In this document: positions 48,630 through 57,789 of the stretch, one piece after another | How the letters are laid out: each line of letters starts with the position of its first letter | Position numbering within the stretch: the stretch's first letter is position 1 | NCBI GenBank assembly: GCA_965207375.1 | Contig: OZ242274.1 | Coordinates: 128,001-192,000 of the forward strand | Origin: Nitrosopumilaceae archaeon | GTDB taxonomy: Archaea > Thermoproteota > Nitrososphaeria > Nitrososphaerales > Nitrosopumilaceae | Reading direction: 5' to 3' | DNA length: 64,000 nt | Translations under genes and position numbers: made by a program | The notes under the pieces: generated by a model | Told to the model about the DNA's origin: nothing | Seen by the model: only the letters and a program-made list of their open reading frames with translations | Databases searched by the model: none

Positions 48630-48857
48630 TTATTCATACTGCATATTTTGATATGTGGAATCACCAATTCTTTGAATTTCTCCTGATTTGTTCAGTGAGT
48701 ATATTGCACTACGAATCCTATGTTTTATCTCGTTTTCTTTGATGTAAACATCTGGATGATTCACAAGTGCCTCATACAATTCTGAAAGCGTAACCTGTTT
48801 TTTATCCCGTATTACTTCCCGAACAATTCGAATCAGAGAAATGCGCTTCTGTTTCAT
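48630..48857 (-). CDS. Small winged-helix protein
   Basis: VTLSELYEAL..KHRIRSAIYSLNKSGEIQRIGDSTY. Confidence 0.7.
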   Translation of the reverse strand: MKQKRISLIRIVREVIRDKKQVTLSELYEALVNHPDVYIKENEIKHRIRSAIYSLNKSGEIQRIGDSTYQNMQYE

Positions 48858-48982
48858 TTTTTTACCATATTTACTATTTTATACGTATTATTAGAGATTT
48901 TCTAATCTATATAATAATCCCAAAAAATATGAAATGGGGGTTTCAAACAACCTAGTCTGGATTAGGTCACTCAATTCTGAAA

Positions 48983-49927
48983 TTATTGATGGAAAATAGT
49001 ATGTGAAAACAAACTAGCAGATATTCCTATCAACTGTATATCAAATTTTAAAGATGGCTCTATTCTGGTACGTGCATTATGTATTCTAAATGATATTGTC
49101 CAGCCATTATCAAAAGTTACGATTAAAATATTGTCTTGTTTTCTTTCGGTGTCAATTATCTTTCTTGGCATTTTTAGACGTGAAATTTTGTTTTTGGGTT
49201 TTATATTATTGCAAGGATAATTTAATGTTCCACACATGTTGTAGCCCTGTATTTTGGTACATTCATTATGTTTAATTATCTTGTAAAAGTCATTTTTTCC
49301 TAATAGATATTCAAGTAACAATTTTGGCACTTGGGGATTGTTTGACAAACTACACAATTCTTTTTCAAACGCATCTAGTGTAGGAATATAATATGAAGAT
49401 TCTTTGTTGTCAAGATCACGCCAGTTTTGATTTGGATTCTGTTTGAGTAGTGTTCTTATATCACCAAATATTTTACCTACACTCTTCATGTATTCATTGG
49501 AACAATTAACACCTAGCCATTCCTTCCCAAAATCTATCTTATCTGATAATCTTGAATGCTTAACTGCCGTATGATTGTTCTTTGCAGAAAACCCAATCTC
49601 CCAATTATGTACAGACCTTACCATAATCACATCCCTAACATCACCTTTTGCACCTTGTTGATCAGGCTGTATTGTTATGTGCAATTCGTCATCACTTATA
49701 GAGTGCTCAAGACGTGGTTCAAGATCTGAAATATAATCAACTGCTACACGTGCAGATTTTATGTATAGTTTTTGTTCCGTCAAGGTAAACAAGTCATAGC
49801 AGTTTTGTGCATTATAATATGATGTATTTTTTATGATTGTTATTTTTTGTCCATTATTTAGTTTGTCAAATAATTCAGTACATAGTGCATATTCAAATGC
49901 CTTTCCAGATTGCATTTGATTAGGCAT
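48983..49927 (-). CDS. HaeIII-family type II restriction endonuclease
   Basis: GKAFEYA, DQQGAKGDVRDV, IGFSAKNNHTAVKHSRLS, YLLGKNDFYK, SFRIHNA..EPSLKFDIQL. Confidence 0.88.
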   Translation of the reverse strand: MPNQMQSGKAFEYALCTELFDKLNNGQKITIIKNTSYYNAQNCYDLFTLTEQKLYIKSARVAVDYISDLEPRLEHSISDDELHITIQPDQQGAKGDVRDVIMVRSVHNWEIGFSAKNNHTAVKHSRLSDKIDFGKEWLGVNCSNEYMKSVGKIFGDIRTLLKQNPNQNWRDLDNKESSYYIPTLDAFEKELCSLSNNPQVPKLLLEYLLGKNDFYKIIKHNECTKIQGYNMCGTLNYPCNNIKPKNKISRLKMPRKIIDTERKQDNILIVTFDNGWTISFRIHNARTRIEPSLKFDIQLIGISASLFSHTIFHQ

Positions 49928-49931
49928 TTTA

Positions 49932-50702
49932 TCAATCCAGGTCGTGACTTAAAATCAAAACTTCTCTTGATTTTTTATTATTTGACATTCCGTATTTCCA
50001 TTCAGGATAATGAAAGCGATAACCATCATAAAGAGAGTGGATTTGCTTGCAGTCATTATATGACAAAATCCATCTTTTACGCTTGTGTAGTAGATTAGCC
50101 AGCGCCTCATGATCAAACCCATCATGCATATTGCCTTTATCACCATACAAACGACTTTGTATAAGATATGGTGGATCAAGATACAATAGTTTGCCCCTGT
50201 TTTTTGGGATTGATTTTGTAAAATCAGCATGTGATACTTGTAAGTTTTGAATGCTGAAATTTACAAGTCTTTCAATGGCAGATTGTGTAAAACGTGGATG
50301 GTCTGGCGACATTCCGCCTGATAGTGTGGTGCCTGAAAAAGAACATCTGTTCAGAACATAAAATATTGCCGCTCTTTCATATTTTGAATGATTCTTGTAT
50401 GTCTTTTGAAGTTTATAAAAATCCGGTCTTGACATAGGATAATATTTGGTCACAGCATCTGCTAGTCTCTTTGGGTCCTTCAAAAGACATTGCCAAAATT
50501 CTACAACAGGCTTGAAATTATCATAGCCAATTACCTTAATGCCATTATTTGCACAGAAAAGTTCAACTGAGCCTCCCCCAAAAAAAGGTGAGCAGATAAT
50601 TTTTGTATCTTGAGGTATGAAATTCGATATTTCCAAAACACCTCTTGATTTGCCACCGCAATATCTTAGTGGTGATTTTGAATGCTTTTTAACAACTTGC
50701 AT
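49932..50702 (-). CDS. Dam/D12-class N6-adenine DNA methyltransferase
   Basis: SPLRYCGGKS, SPFFGGGSV (motif I), LNRCSFSG, YLDPPY (motif IV), WILSYND, REVLI. Confidence 0.92.
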   Translation of the reverse strand: MQVVKKHSKSPLRYCGGKSRGVLEISNFIPQDTKIICSPFFGGGSVELFCANNGIKVIGYDNFKPVVEFWQCLLKDPKRLADAVTKYYPMSRPDFYKLQKTYKNHSKYERAAIFYVLNRCSFSGTTLSGGMSPDHPRFTQSAIERLVNFSIQNLQVSHADFTKSIPKNRGKLLYLDPPYLIQSRLYGDKGNMHDGFDHEALANLLHKRKRWILSYNDCKQIHSLYDGYRFHYPEWKYGMSNNKKSREVLILSHDLD

Positions 50703-50961
50703 CTGCCTTCACCCAATGATTACATTGTGAACAACATGGTATTTTCATTTTTGAGAAAAACTCATGACCGCATTCTTCACATTTTATGACCCGCCTTTTC
50801 TTTAGTTGTTCTGTATATTTTCTAGCTTTGGCCACATTTCGATACTAGATGTATACTATTTTAGTGTATATACTATACAAAAGTATACGGTTCATAAATG
50901 CATATACAATAGTATTCAAGAAACCCAAAGCGATCTAGATAAAATTAAAATATCTATTAAC

Positions 50962-52203
50962 ATGGGAGACTTTGTGAGCACCAAAATATCTACCGAAAGA
51001 AAGCAATATTATGACAAACTTCAAAGAACGCTAAAACCGAAGGAGACATACAAAGTTCCATACAAATCTAATACAGAATATACTGCACTTCCAAAATACA
51101 CAATTCCAATTGGTGATTTTCAAACAGGACTCAGATACAATCTGTATAACTCTAGAATATTAAGATCAATAGAGTTTGAAGAGTCTAAAGGTACAAAACT
51201 AGATCCATCAGATGAAGCTACTCAAAAACTAATCGAAGAAATTCTTCTCAATGACAAAAATTATTCTAGTCGTGCACCTGAAAAATTAGCAGAAGATTTA
51301 GACAACAGCGGCCAACAGGAACCTGCGATAATATCATGTGATGGGGTTATTTGGGATGGAAATAGAAGAATAGCTACAAAGAGAAATAAAAAGAGAGAGA
51401 CTGGGGATCCAAAATGGGATACAGTAAAATGTGTATTTCTTCCAGAACTTGATAAAAAACAACTGAAACTATTAGAACATCGCATTCAGATGGCACCAGA
51501 ACTTCGTGAGGATTATGACAGAATAACATTATTTCTTGATTGTAGAAAGAGAATAAGGGAAGATAAATGGACACTTGAGGAACTTGTTAATTCATTCAAA
51601 GATAGGTATACAAAAAAAGAGATTGAGGATTTTATCAAGCAAATTGACATAATAGATGAGTATTTGATACGAATAGGACGACCAAAAAATTATCCAAATA
51701 TTGGTGATAAAGGTGCCGAATTTTTTACCATCATGCAAAAACATATTGAAAAAGAGGACAAGAAATTAGGCACTAATAAGATTGATTTGGCCAAAATAAA
51801 AACGGAATTTTTTGCTGCAGCAGCACACCCTAAATCTACATATCAACATGCTCGAAATCTTGGCAAGATTTTGGCAAAAGAAGATACAAGAAAGACATAT
51901 CTTGCAAATTCCAAGATTTTCAAGGAGCATGCAAAGTACACCGTACCTGATAATGATGGAATTGAAAAAACATTTTTACCTAAATCTACAGATGATGTCA
52001 TTAAAAACATCACATCAACATCTGCTGAGATGAGTGCACGTGAAGTTGATGGACCCGAAACACTTGCAAACAAAGCATTGGACAAGCTTAATGACATCAA
52101 AGAAGAATATATTAAACAGGATGACTCTGATCTACTAAATACACTAAAACAAATTGAGAAACGCATAGTGATATTGAAGAAATACCTAAACGAAGATGTT
52201 TAA
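50962..52203 (+). CDS. ParB/Srx-like N-terminal domain protein
   Basis: YNLYNSRI, GQQEPAIISCDGVIWDGNRRIA; start moved to the ATG of MGDFV. Confidence 0.8.
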   Translation: MGDFVSTKISTERKQYYDKLQRTLKPKETYKVPYKSNTEYTALPKYTIPIGDFQTGLRYNLYNSRILRSIEFEESKGTKLDPSDEATQKLIEEILLNDKNYSSRAPEKLAEDLDNSGQQEPAIISCDGVIWDGNRRIATKRNKKRETGDPKWDTVKCVFLPELDKKQLKLLEHRIQMAPELREDYDRITLFLDCRKRIREDKWTLEELVNSFKDRYTKKEIEDFIKQIDIIDEYLIRIGRPKNYPNIGDKGAEFFTIMQKHIEKEDKKLGTNKIDLAKIKTEFFAAAAHPKSTYQHARNLGKILAKEDTRKTYLANSKIFKEHAKYTVPDNDGIEKTFLPKSTDDVIKNITSTSAEMSAREVDGPETLANKALDKLNDIKEEYIKQDDSDLLNTLKQIEKRIVILKKYLNEDV

Positions 52204-54109
52204 GATTACATATCAAAACAATGAGTTATCTGTAATCTCTAATGAATCCTTAATTCCTGTAATTAGACAATTCTTACAGGATTTTGGGTTTGAAATGTCT
52301 GGGTCACAACAGATGATTTTAAAATTAAATAAATCTCCATATCCGATAATTGAATCTGTAAAACGAATGATTGAGGAATATGGACCCATAGTATTGGATG
52401 AGGGTTGCAATAAGATAATCGATGACGAAAATACCTCGAAATTGGAATTTCAAAACATGCTTGCTGAGGCAAAATCAATCAAGCATAAAGACAAGACATA
52501 TTGGGAAAATGTTGATGTGGTCATACCTATGTTAGCACCGGATAAATCACTAAAATGGTATCAGAAAATGCCAGTACAGCATGCAGTAACGCTGGGAAAT
52601 ACTGCAAATTTTTCAGTACCTGGTTCAGGCAAAACATGGATGGGTTACTCTACATTCTTCAAGCTAAAATATGAAAAGGATGTTGTTGATAAATTACTTG
52701 TAGTCTCCCCACTTGCTGCATTTAGACCATGGGAAACAGAGTATTACTCTATGACCGGAAAGGAACCAAACATAGTTAGAATAACCGGAACCCCTAAAGA
52801 AAGAAACAGCATAATTTATAACAAAATAAATTATTCTGACATATTTTTAATATCACATACTATGGTTACCAATGAAGAGGACCATCTGATAGATATAATG
52901 AACAAGTTTAGATTTATGGTAATAGTTGACGAATCACATAACATCAAAAAACATGATGGAAAACGCGCAACTTCATTGCATAAAATTGCACTATTTGCGC
53001 GCAGACGCATGATTCTTAGCGGAACACCAATTCCAAAGAACCTTCATGATTTGTGGTCACAATTTACATTTCTATATCATGATGAATCATTGCTACACAC
53101 ATGGCCACAATATGAGCAAGAATGCAAATCAGTAAATGCCCTTAAAGACATATCCTCTAAATTGAATCCATATTTTGTAAGAGTCTCAAAGGACGTGCTG
53201 AATCTACCAAAACCTACATTTAATCCAAACAATGTCGATGGAAGACCAACAATCATTCAAATGAATCCAATACAAAGAAGAATTTATGACACTATAGCAC
53301 TCAGGATCAAGAACAATGTCGAACAGTTTCGCAGTGATGCCGTTGCCCTAGACAAATTTAGAAGAAATTCTATGATTTACCTTATAGAGGCTGCAACCGA
53401 TCCCTCACTTCTTACAAAAGATCAAACATATCCTAATGATGATATGGATGCTGAAGGTCTGGAAATGTTAGAACTTTTGGCAAAATATCCACGTCTTAGG
53501 GGTGAGCGTCCAAATAAGATAACAGAAGCAATACGTCTTGCAAAAACAACGCTTGACTCTGATGGAAAGGTCATCATTTGGTGTAGTTTCATTAATACGA
53601 TACAGAAAATATCCCAGTATTTTGATGATGCAGGACATAAATCAATTCGAATATGGGGAGATATACCGCGAGATGAGGATGTCAATGAACACTTTAACCG
53701 TGAAAGTGAAATAGAGAAATTCAAAACAGATGGCAACTATAACATACTTGTAGCAAATCCTGCATCCATGGCCGAATCTATATCCCTGCACAAAGTCTGT
53801 CACCATGCAATATATGTGGACAGGACGTTTAATGGTGCACATTACATGCAGAGTCTTGAGAGAATACACAGGGTAGGTCTGCAATCAGATGTGCACACCA
53901 AATATGACATCCTCCAGTCCGAGGCATCAATTGATCAGACAATACATGAGCGTCTTACATTAAAGCAACAAAACATGGAAAAATTTCTTAACAGCAAAGA
54001 CCTCAAAATTCATGGAACAGAAGAATTTGTCAAAGGTTTCGATGATGATTATGCAGATGACTTTAACGCCGTGATACGAGATATAAAACAACATGTCGGG
54101 TCTGTTTGA
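52196..54109 (+). CDS. SNF2-family SF2 helicase/ATPase
   Basis: PGSGKT, VVSP, VDESHNIK, LSGTP, DLWSQF, KVIIW, ESISL, QSLERIHRVG. Confidence 0.93.
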   Translation: MFKITYQNNELSVISNESLIPVIRQFLQDFGFEMSGSQQMILKLNKSPYPIIESVKRMIEEYGPIVLDEGCNKIIDDENTSKLEFQNMLAEAKSIKHKDKTYWENVDVVIPMLAPDKSLKWYQKMPVQHAVTLGNTANFSVPGSGKTWMGYSTFFKLKYEKDVVDKLLVVSPLAAFRPWETEYYSMTGKEPNIVRITGTPKERNSIIYNKINYSDIFLISHTMVTNEEDHLIDIMNKFRFMVIVDESHNIKKHDGKRATSLHKIALFARRRMILSGTPIPKNLHDLWSQFTFLYHDESLLHTWPQYEQECKSVNALKDISSKLNPYFVRVSKDVLNLPKPTFNPNNVDGRPTIIQMNPIQRRIYDTIALRIKNNVEQFRSDAVALDKFRRNSMIYLIEAATDPSLLTKDQTYPNDDMDAEGLEMLELLAKYPRLRGERPNKITEAIRLAKTTLDSDGKVIIWCSFINTIQKISQYFDDAGHKSIRIWGDIPRDEDVNEHFNRESEIEKFKTDGNYNILVANPASMAESISLHKVCHHAIYVDRTFNGAHYMQSLERIHRVGLQSDVHTKYDILQSEASIDQTIHERLTLKQQNMEKFLNSKDLKIHGTEEFVKGFDDDYADDFNAVIRDIKQHVGSV

Positions 54110-55091
54110 TCTAAATAAGATGTTGATGACGGTCCATAATTTTGGTACAGGACCAACAGAGGAGAGTTTCATACGTTTGACATATGACAGTACATATTAT
54201 TCGGAACAAACGGCCAATTTTGACGATGTACTATATGTGGCCTCATGCATGAATTTTCTGGATTTGAATGGTGACAAAATATCACTTTTACAAAACGGAT
54301 ATGACTTTATTGATTTGACATCCAAATATGACAATCACGTCATGTTGGACAGCAACGACTTGCAGAAAAAATTTGTGTTTGACTGCCTTGATACGGCATG
54401 TATCAATGACATGTGTAAAACACTATTTGAAAAATTTTACATAAATTATTCATTTGAGCCACCAACATGGAATGCTTATTTACGTTTATTTGATAATAAG
54501 GAAAGGTTCCTTCTTGACATACTTTGTGATATTGGAGTGGTATCATTTGAGAGAAAAATGGTTTGGTTAGATAATCAACATTTGAATCTGTTTTCTGTAA
54601 TGAAACATGGATTAATTGTAAACTGGAGTGAACTTTTTGAGCGCAAACAACAAGTTGGAAATCTAGGTGAGGATTTATCTATGAATTATGAGGTAAAAAG
54701 ACTAACAAATTATTGTCGTGGGGATTTGGCAGATATGATAAAACAGACAAGTCTGATTGATCCGTACGCTGGATATGACATAATGTCATTTGATGCACCT
54801 GATTCAGATGAGGATTGTCCAGATAGATTCATTGAGGTAAAGGCAACTGTTGGAACACGGCCTAATTTTTTCTGGAGTAAAAATGAAATAATCAAGGCAA
54901 AACAATACGGTACAAAATATTGGATATATCTGTGGGTAAACGTTGATAATGATTCCAGAAAATTATACTTGATACAAGATCCATACAAAAATCTATTTGA
55001 AACTGGCAATCCTATACCTGAGCCAACTACATATCTAATAGATGGAAATGTGTTGGAACATGCAAACATGGAGGCTGTAGAAACAATATGA
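54093..55091 (+). CDS. DUF3883 (NOV C-terminal) PD-(D/E)xK nuclease domain protein
   Basis: GNLGE..YEVKRL, AGYDIMSF, RFIEVKAT, FFWSKNE, YWIY. Confidence 0.88.
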   Translation: MSGLFDLNKMLMTVHNFGTGPTEESFIRLTYDSTYYSEQTANFDDVLYVASCMNFLDLNGDKISLLQNGYDFIDLTSKYDNHVMLDSNDLQKKFVFDCLDTACINDMCKTLFEKFYINYSFEPPTWNAYLRLFDNKERFLLDILCDIGVVSFERKMVWLDNQHLNLFSVMKHGLIVNWSELFERKQQVGNLGEDLSMNYEVKRLTNYCRGDLADMIKQTSLIDPYAGYDIMSFDAPDSDEDCPDRFIEVKATVGTRPNFFWSKNEIIKAKQYGTKYWIYLWVNVDNDSRKLYLIQDPYKNLFETGNPIPEPTTYLIDGNVLEHANMEAVETI

Positions 55092-55927
55092 AGTTTACAG
55101 GTTCTGGAGTAACTGCATTTGATAAGATGCAAAAATATCTAAAAACACGCAAGACTAAAACATCTACAGATACAATGAGACAATTGAAACAACACAAGTC
55201 TGACAAACCTCATAATTTGGCCAATATCAAAAACAAACTTCCAAAGTCAAAACATCGTTTTAGATTTACCAAAAAGACACCCAAAGTAACCAATGATACA
55301 ACCCACGATGCATGGAGTTCCAAAATTCGTAGGAAAATTGATAGTTTGAACTGTGATAAATCTCGAATATTTCCACTTGGCGATATTACTTTTACACCAG
55401 ATTATATCCTAAAATTATCCTATGAAGGAAAACAAATCATTGTACATATAGATCGTAATTTTACAAATTCTGCAACAGAGAAATACAAATCATTTATGGA
55501 GAAGTTCAAAACAGCCTATTACTTTATTTTAGTGGTCAGTGATAATGATCTTAGGCGTTGGAATACGACCAATATGGGACGAAGAATCCTTTTTGATGAG
55601 ATTTGGGTCGGTGAAGATGTGACAGATATGATTAAAAACATACAAAAATTATCGGAACAAACCACAAACAAAATTATGGTATGCTCTAAATGTTATAAAA
55701 AGATAGAAGGCATACAAAAAATCAAGAGTCATTTTTCATATCAAACAAAAGAAGATGGTTCTCTTTTAATTAATTCTATATGTAGAAAATGTGTGGAAAT
55801 TCCACAACCTACAATAACTCATATTCCAAAATCAACGTACAAGTGTATAGGTTGTGGTAGTGATTTTGATACTACAATAGCTTCTCAACTATATTGTGAT
55901 GTATGCAATGACAAACTACAATCATGA
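55088..55927 (+). CDS. Hypothetical protein: basic N-terminus, PD-(D/E)xK-like core and two zinc fingers
   Basis: FTPDYIL..IIVHID..EKYKSF; CSKC..CRKC and CIGC..CDVC; ATGA-coupled to the upstream gene. Confidence 0.7.
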   Translation: MKFTGSGVTAFDKMQKYLKTRKTKTSTDTMRQLKQHKSDKPHNLANIKNKLPKSKHRFRFTKKTPKVTNDTTHDAWSSKIRRKIDSLNCDKSRIFPLGDITFTPDYILKLSYEGKQIIVHIDRNFTNSATEKYKSFMEKFKTAYYFILVVSDNDLRRWNTTNMGRRILFDEIWVGEDVTDMIKNIQKLSEQTTNKIMVCSKCYKKIEGIQKIKSHFSYQTKEDGSLLINSICRKCVEIPQPTITHIPKSTYKCIGCGSDFDTTIASQLYCDVCNDKLQS

Positions 55928-55959
55928 GATTTATGTACACACTCAGGTCATAGATTTTT

Positions 55960-55982
55960 CAGGCATGAAATTTTCATGTCTG
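55960..55982. terminator. Near-perfect palindrome between convergent genes
   Basis: caggcatgaaa-t-tttcatgtctg (10/11 Watson-Crick pairs plus one G-T). Confidence 0.4.
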
Positions 55983-56009
55983 TATCATCACATCTAATAA
56001 ACTCTAAAG

Positions 56010-56669
56010 TCACCTTTTAGTTGACTTTTTTGGGCTTTGCAGGTGTGCTTGCTTTTTGGCAGCCTTTATCTTGTCCTTGATTTTCTTTTTGGCAAGTATC
56101 TGTTCTTTGTTCCTTTCATAGTATTCTTTTGAGCGCTTGTCAACCTTTTCCTTGTTATTCTGGTAATACTCTTTTTCTTTCTGTATAATTTTCATCTTAT
56201 TTTTTTCCCTGTTATTCATGTACTCCTTTTTGATTTTCTCTTTGTTCTTTTGATAATACTCTTTTCTATACTGTTGTAGTCTCTCCTCGTGTTCTTTGTT
56301 ATAGGCCTTTGATTTGTTTACGAGTTTCTTTTTGTTTTTTTGATAGTATTCTTGCTTTTTTTCCTTGTCCTTGCGTGCATTTGATCTTGTCTTTTCTTTA
56401 TTCTTTGTATAGTGTGCCGCCTTTTGTGCAAGTAACCTTTCTCTGTCTTTTTGATACTTTGCCTTCTTTTCTGCTAGTATCTTTTCCTTGTTTAGTTCGT
56501 ATAGTGCCTTATGATGCGCCTTGATTTTCTCCTTGTTTTTTTGATAATATTTGGCAGTGTATTGATTTTCTCGCTCTCTTAGTTCTTCGTGTTTTTCTTT
56601 ACGTTTTTCCTTGATTTTTTCTTTATTTTTCTGATAATACGCTTGATGTTGTTGGGTATAGGTAGACAT
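56010..56669 (-). CDS. Lys/Tyr-rich 15-aa repeat protein 3 (YYQKNKEKI repeats, SPKK tail)
   Basis: About 12 repeat units; ends QSPKKSTKR. Confidence 0.8.
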   Translation of the reverse strand: MSTYTQQHQAYYQKNKEKIKEKRKEKHEELRERENQYTAKYYQKNKEKIKAHHKALYELNKEKILAEKKAKYQKDRERLLAQKAAHYTKNKEKTRSNARKDKEKKQEYYQKNKKKLVNKSKAYNKEHEERLQQYRKEYYQKNKEKIKKEYMNNREKNKMKIIQKEKEYYQNNKEKVDKRSKEYYERNKEQILAKKKIKDKIKAAKKQAHLQSPKKSTKR

Positions 56670-56675
56670 GTTACC

Positions 56676-57119
56676 TCACCTCGATTTTTTGGCCTGTACC
56701 GGCTTTTTGGCTCTCTTGACAGGCTTTATCTTGGCTTTAGTCCTGGCTGCAGTTTTCTTGCCTAGTTCGTATTTTTTCTTTTTATCTGCTAGGATCTTTT
56801 CTCTGTTTAATTGATAACGTTTTTTGTATTTGGCAAGTAACTTTTCTTTATTCTTTGTATAGTATTCCTTTTTTTGCTCTAAGACCTTCTTTTTGTTCTT
56901 TATATTGTACTGTTTGTTATATTCCTTGAACCGTTCCTTGTCTGATTCGTATAGTTCTTTGTGATTTGCCTTGATTCTCTCTTTGTTCTTTTGATAATAA
57001 TCGGCGCTGATTTGATTTTCTTGTTCTTTATTTGCTGTATAATGCTTTTTGCGGTTTTTCTTGATTCTTTCCTTGTTTTTTTGATAGTAGACTTGGTGGG
57101 TTTGTGTGTAGGTAGACAT
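56676..57119 (-). CDS. Lys/Tyr-rich 15-aa repeat protein 2
   Basis: About 8 regular units; tail KAKIKPVKRAKKPVQAKKSR. Confidence 0.8.
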   Translation of the reverse strand: MSTYTQTHQVYYQKNKERIKKNRKKHYTANKEQENQISADYYQKNKERIKANHKELYESDKERFKEYNKQYNIKNKKKVLEQKKEYYTKNKEKLLAKYKKRYQLNREKILADKKKKYELGKKTAARTKAKIKPVKRAKKPVQAKKSR

Positions 57120-57124
57120 GCATG

Positions 57125-57745
57125 TTACCCCGATGTTTGCTTGATGGTTTCTTCTTTGATCTTTTGACGGTTGATTCTTGCTCGTTCTGCGATTTTTTCC
57201 TTGTTATTTTGATAGTATTCTTTTTGCTGCTTTGCAATCTTTTCTTTGTTATTTTGATATTTTACCTTGTTCTTGACACTTATCGCTTCCTTGTTCTTTG
57301 TATAGTGTTTCTTTGCTCGCTTGGCAAAATCAGCCTTGTTGTTCTGATAGTATGTCTGTGCACGTTTGACAAATTTTTCCTTGTTATTCTGATAATACTC
57401 CTTTGCACGCTTTGCAATTTCTTCCTTGTTTGCCTTGTATAGTGCTTTTTTCTTGGCGCTTAATTGGGCCTTGTTCCTTTCATAGTATTGCTTTTCTCTC
57501 TTTGTAACTTTGTCTTTATTTTTCTCCCTGTACTCTCTACTGCTTTTTTTGAATTTCTCCTTGTCATTTGCATAGTTGTTTCTATTCTTTTTTTTTATTT
57601 GCTCTTTATTTTTCTGATAATAGGTATACTGATTTTCTCGTTCTCTGAGTTCGTTGTGGTGTTTTTTGTGGTTTTCCTTTATCTTTTCTTTATTTTTCTG
57701 ATAATACTCTTGGTGTTGTTTTGTGTATGTAGTTAGTTGTTTCAA
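57125..57745 (-). CDS. Lys/Tyr-rich 15-aa repeat protein 1
   Basis: About 12 units; TTG start, LTTYTKQHQEYYQKNKEKI. Confidence 0.75.
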   Translation of the reverse strand: MKQLTTYTKQHQEYYQKNKEKIKENHKKHHNELRERENQYTYYQKNKEQIKKKNRNNYANDKEKFKKSSREYREKNKDKVTKREKQYYERNKAQLSAKKKALYKANKEEIAKRAKEYYQNNKEKFVKRAQTYYQNNKADFAKRAKKHYTKNKEAISVKNKVKYQNNKEKIAKQQKEYYQNNKEKIAERARINRQKIKEETIKQTSG

Positions 57746-57789
57746 TTTTTCAGAATAAAAAGAAAAGGGGAAATGTGTTGTTTTCTAGT

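Noticed and set aside
48341-48637. Possible degraded gene downstream of the small wHTH gene
   Set aside because: Only short broken frames (LEQILIKLHEKWDCDLK; QGFDTGKILWDYELLNYEVKELIKLS) with no recognisable family.
50764-50800. atgaccgc/atgacccgc motifs resembling the tRNA-Lys 3' end (gacccgc)
   Set aside because: Only about 7 bp match, too short to call attR; more likely part of the divergent promoter region.
56010-57745. Periodic DNA pattern considered as a CRISPR array or DGR template
   Set aside because: The periodicity is 45 bp and in frame, with synonymous variation. There is no constant repeat-spacer structure and no cas or reverse transcriptase gene in the window.
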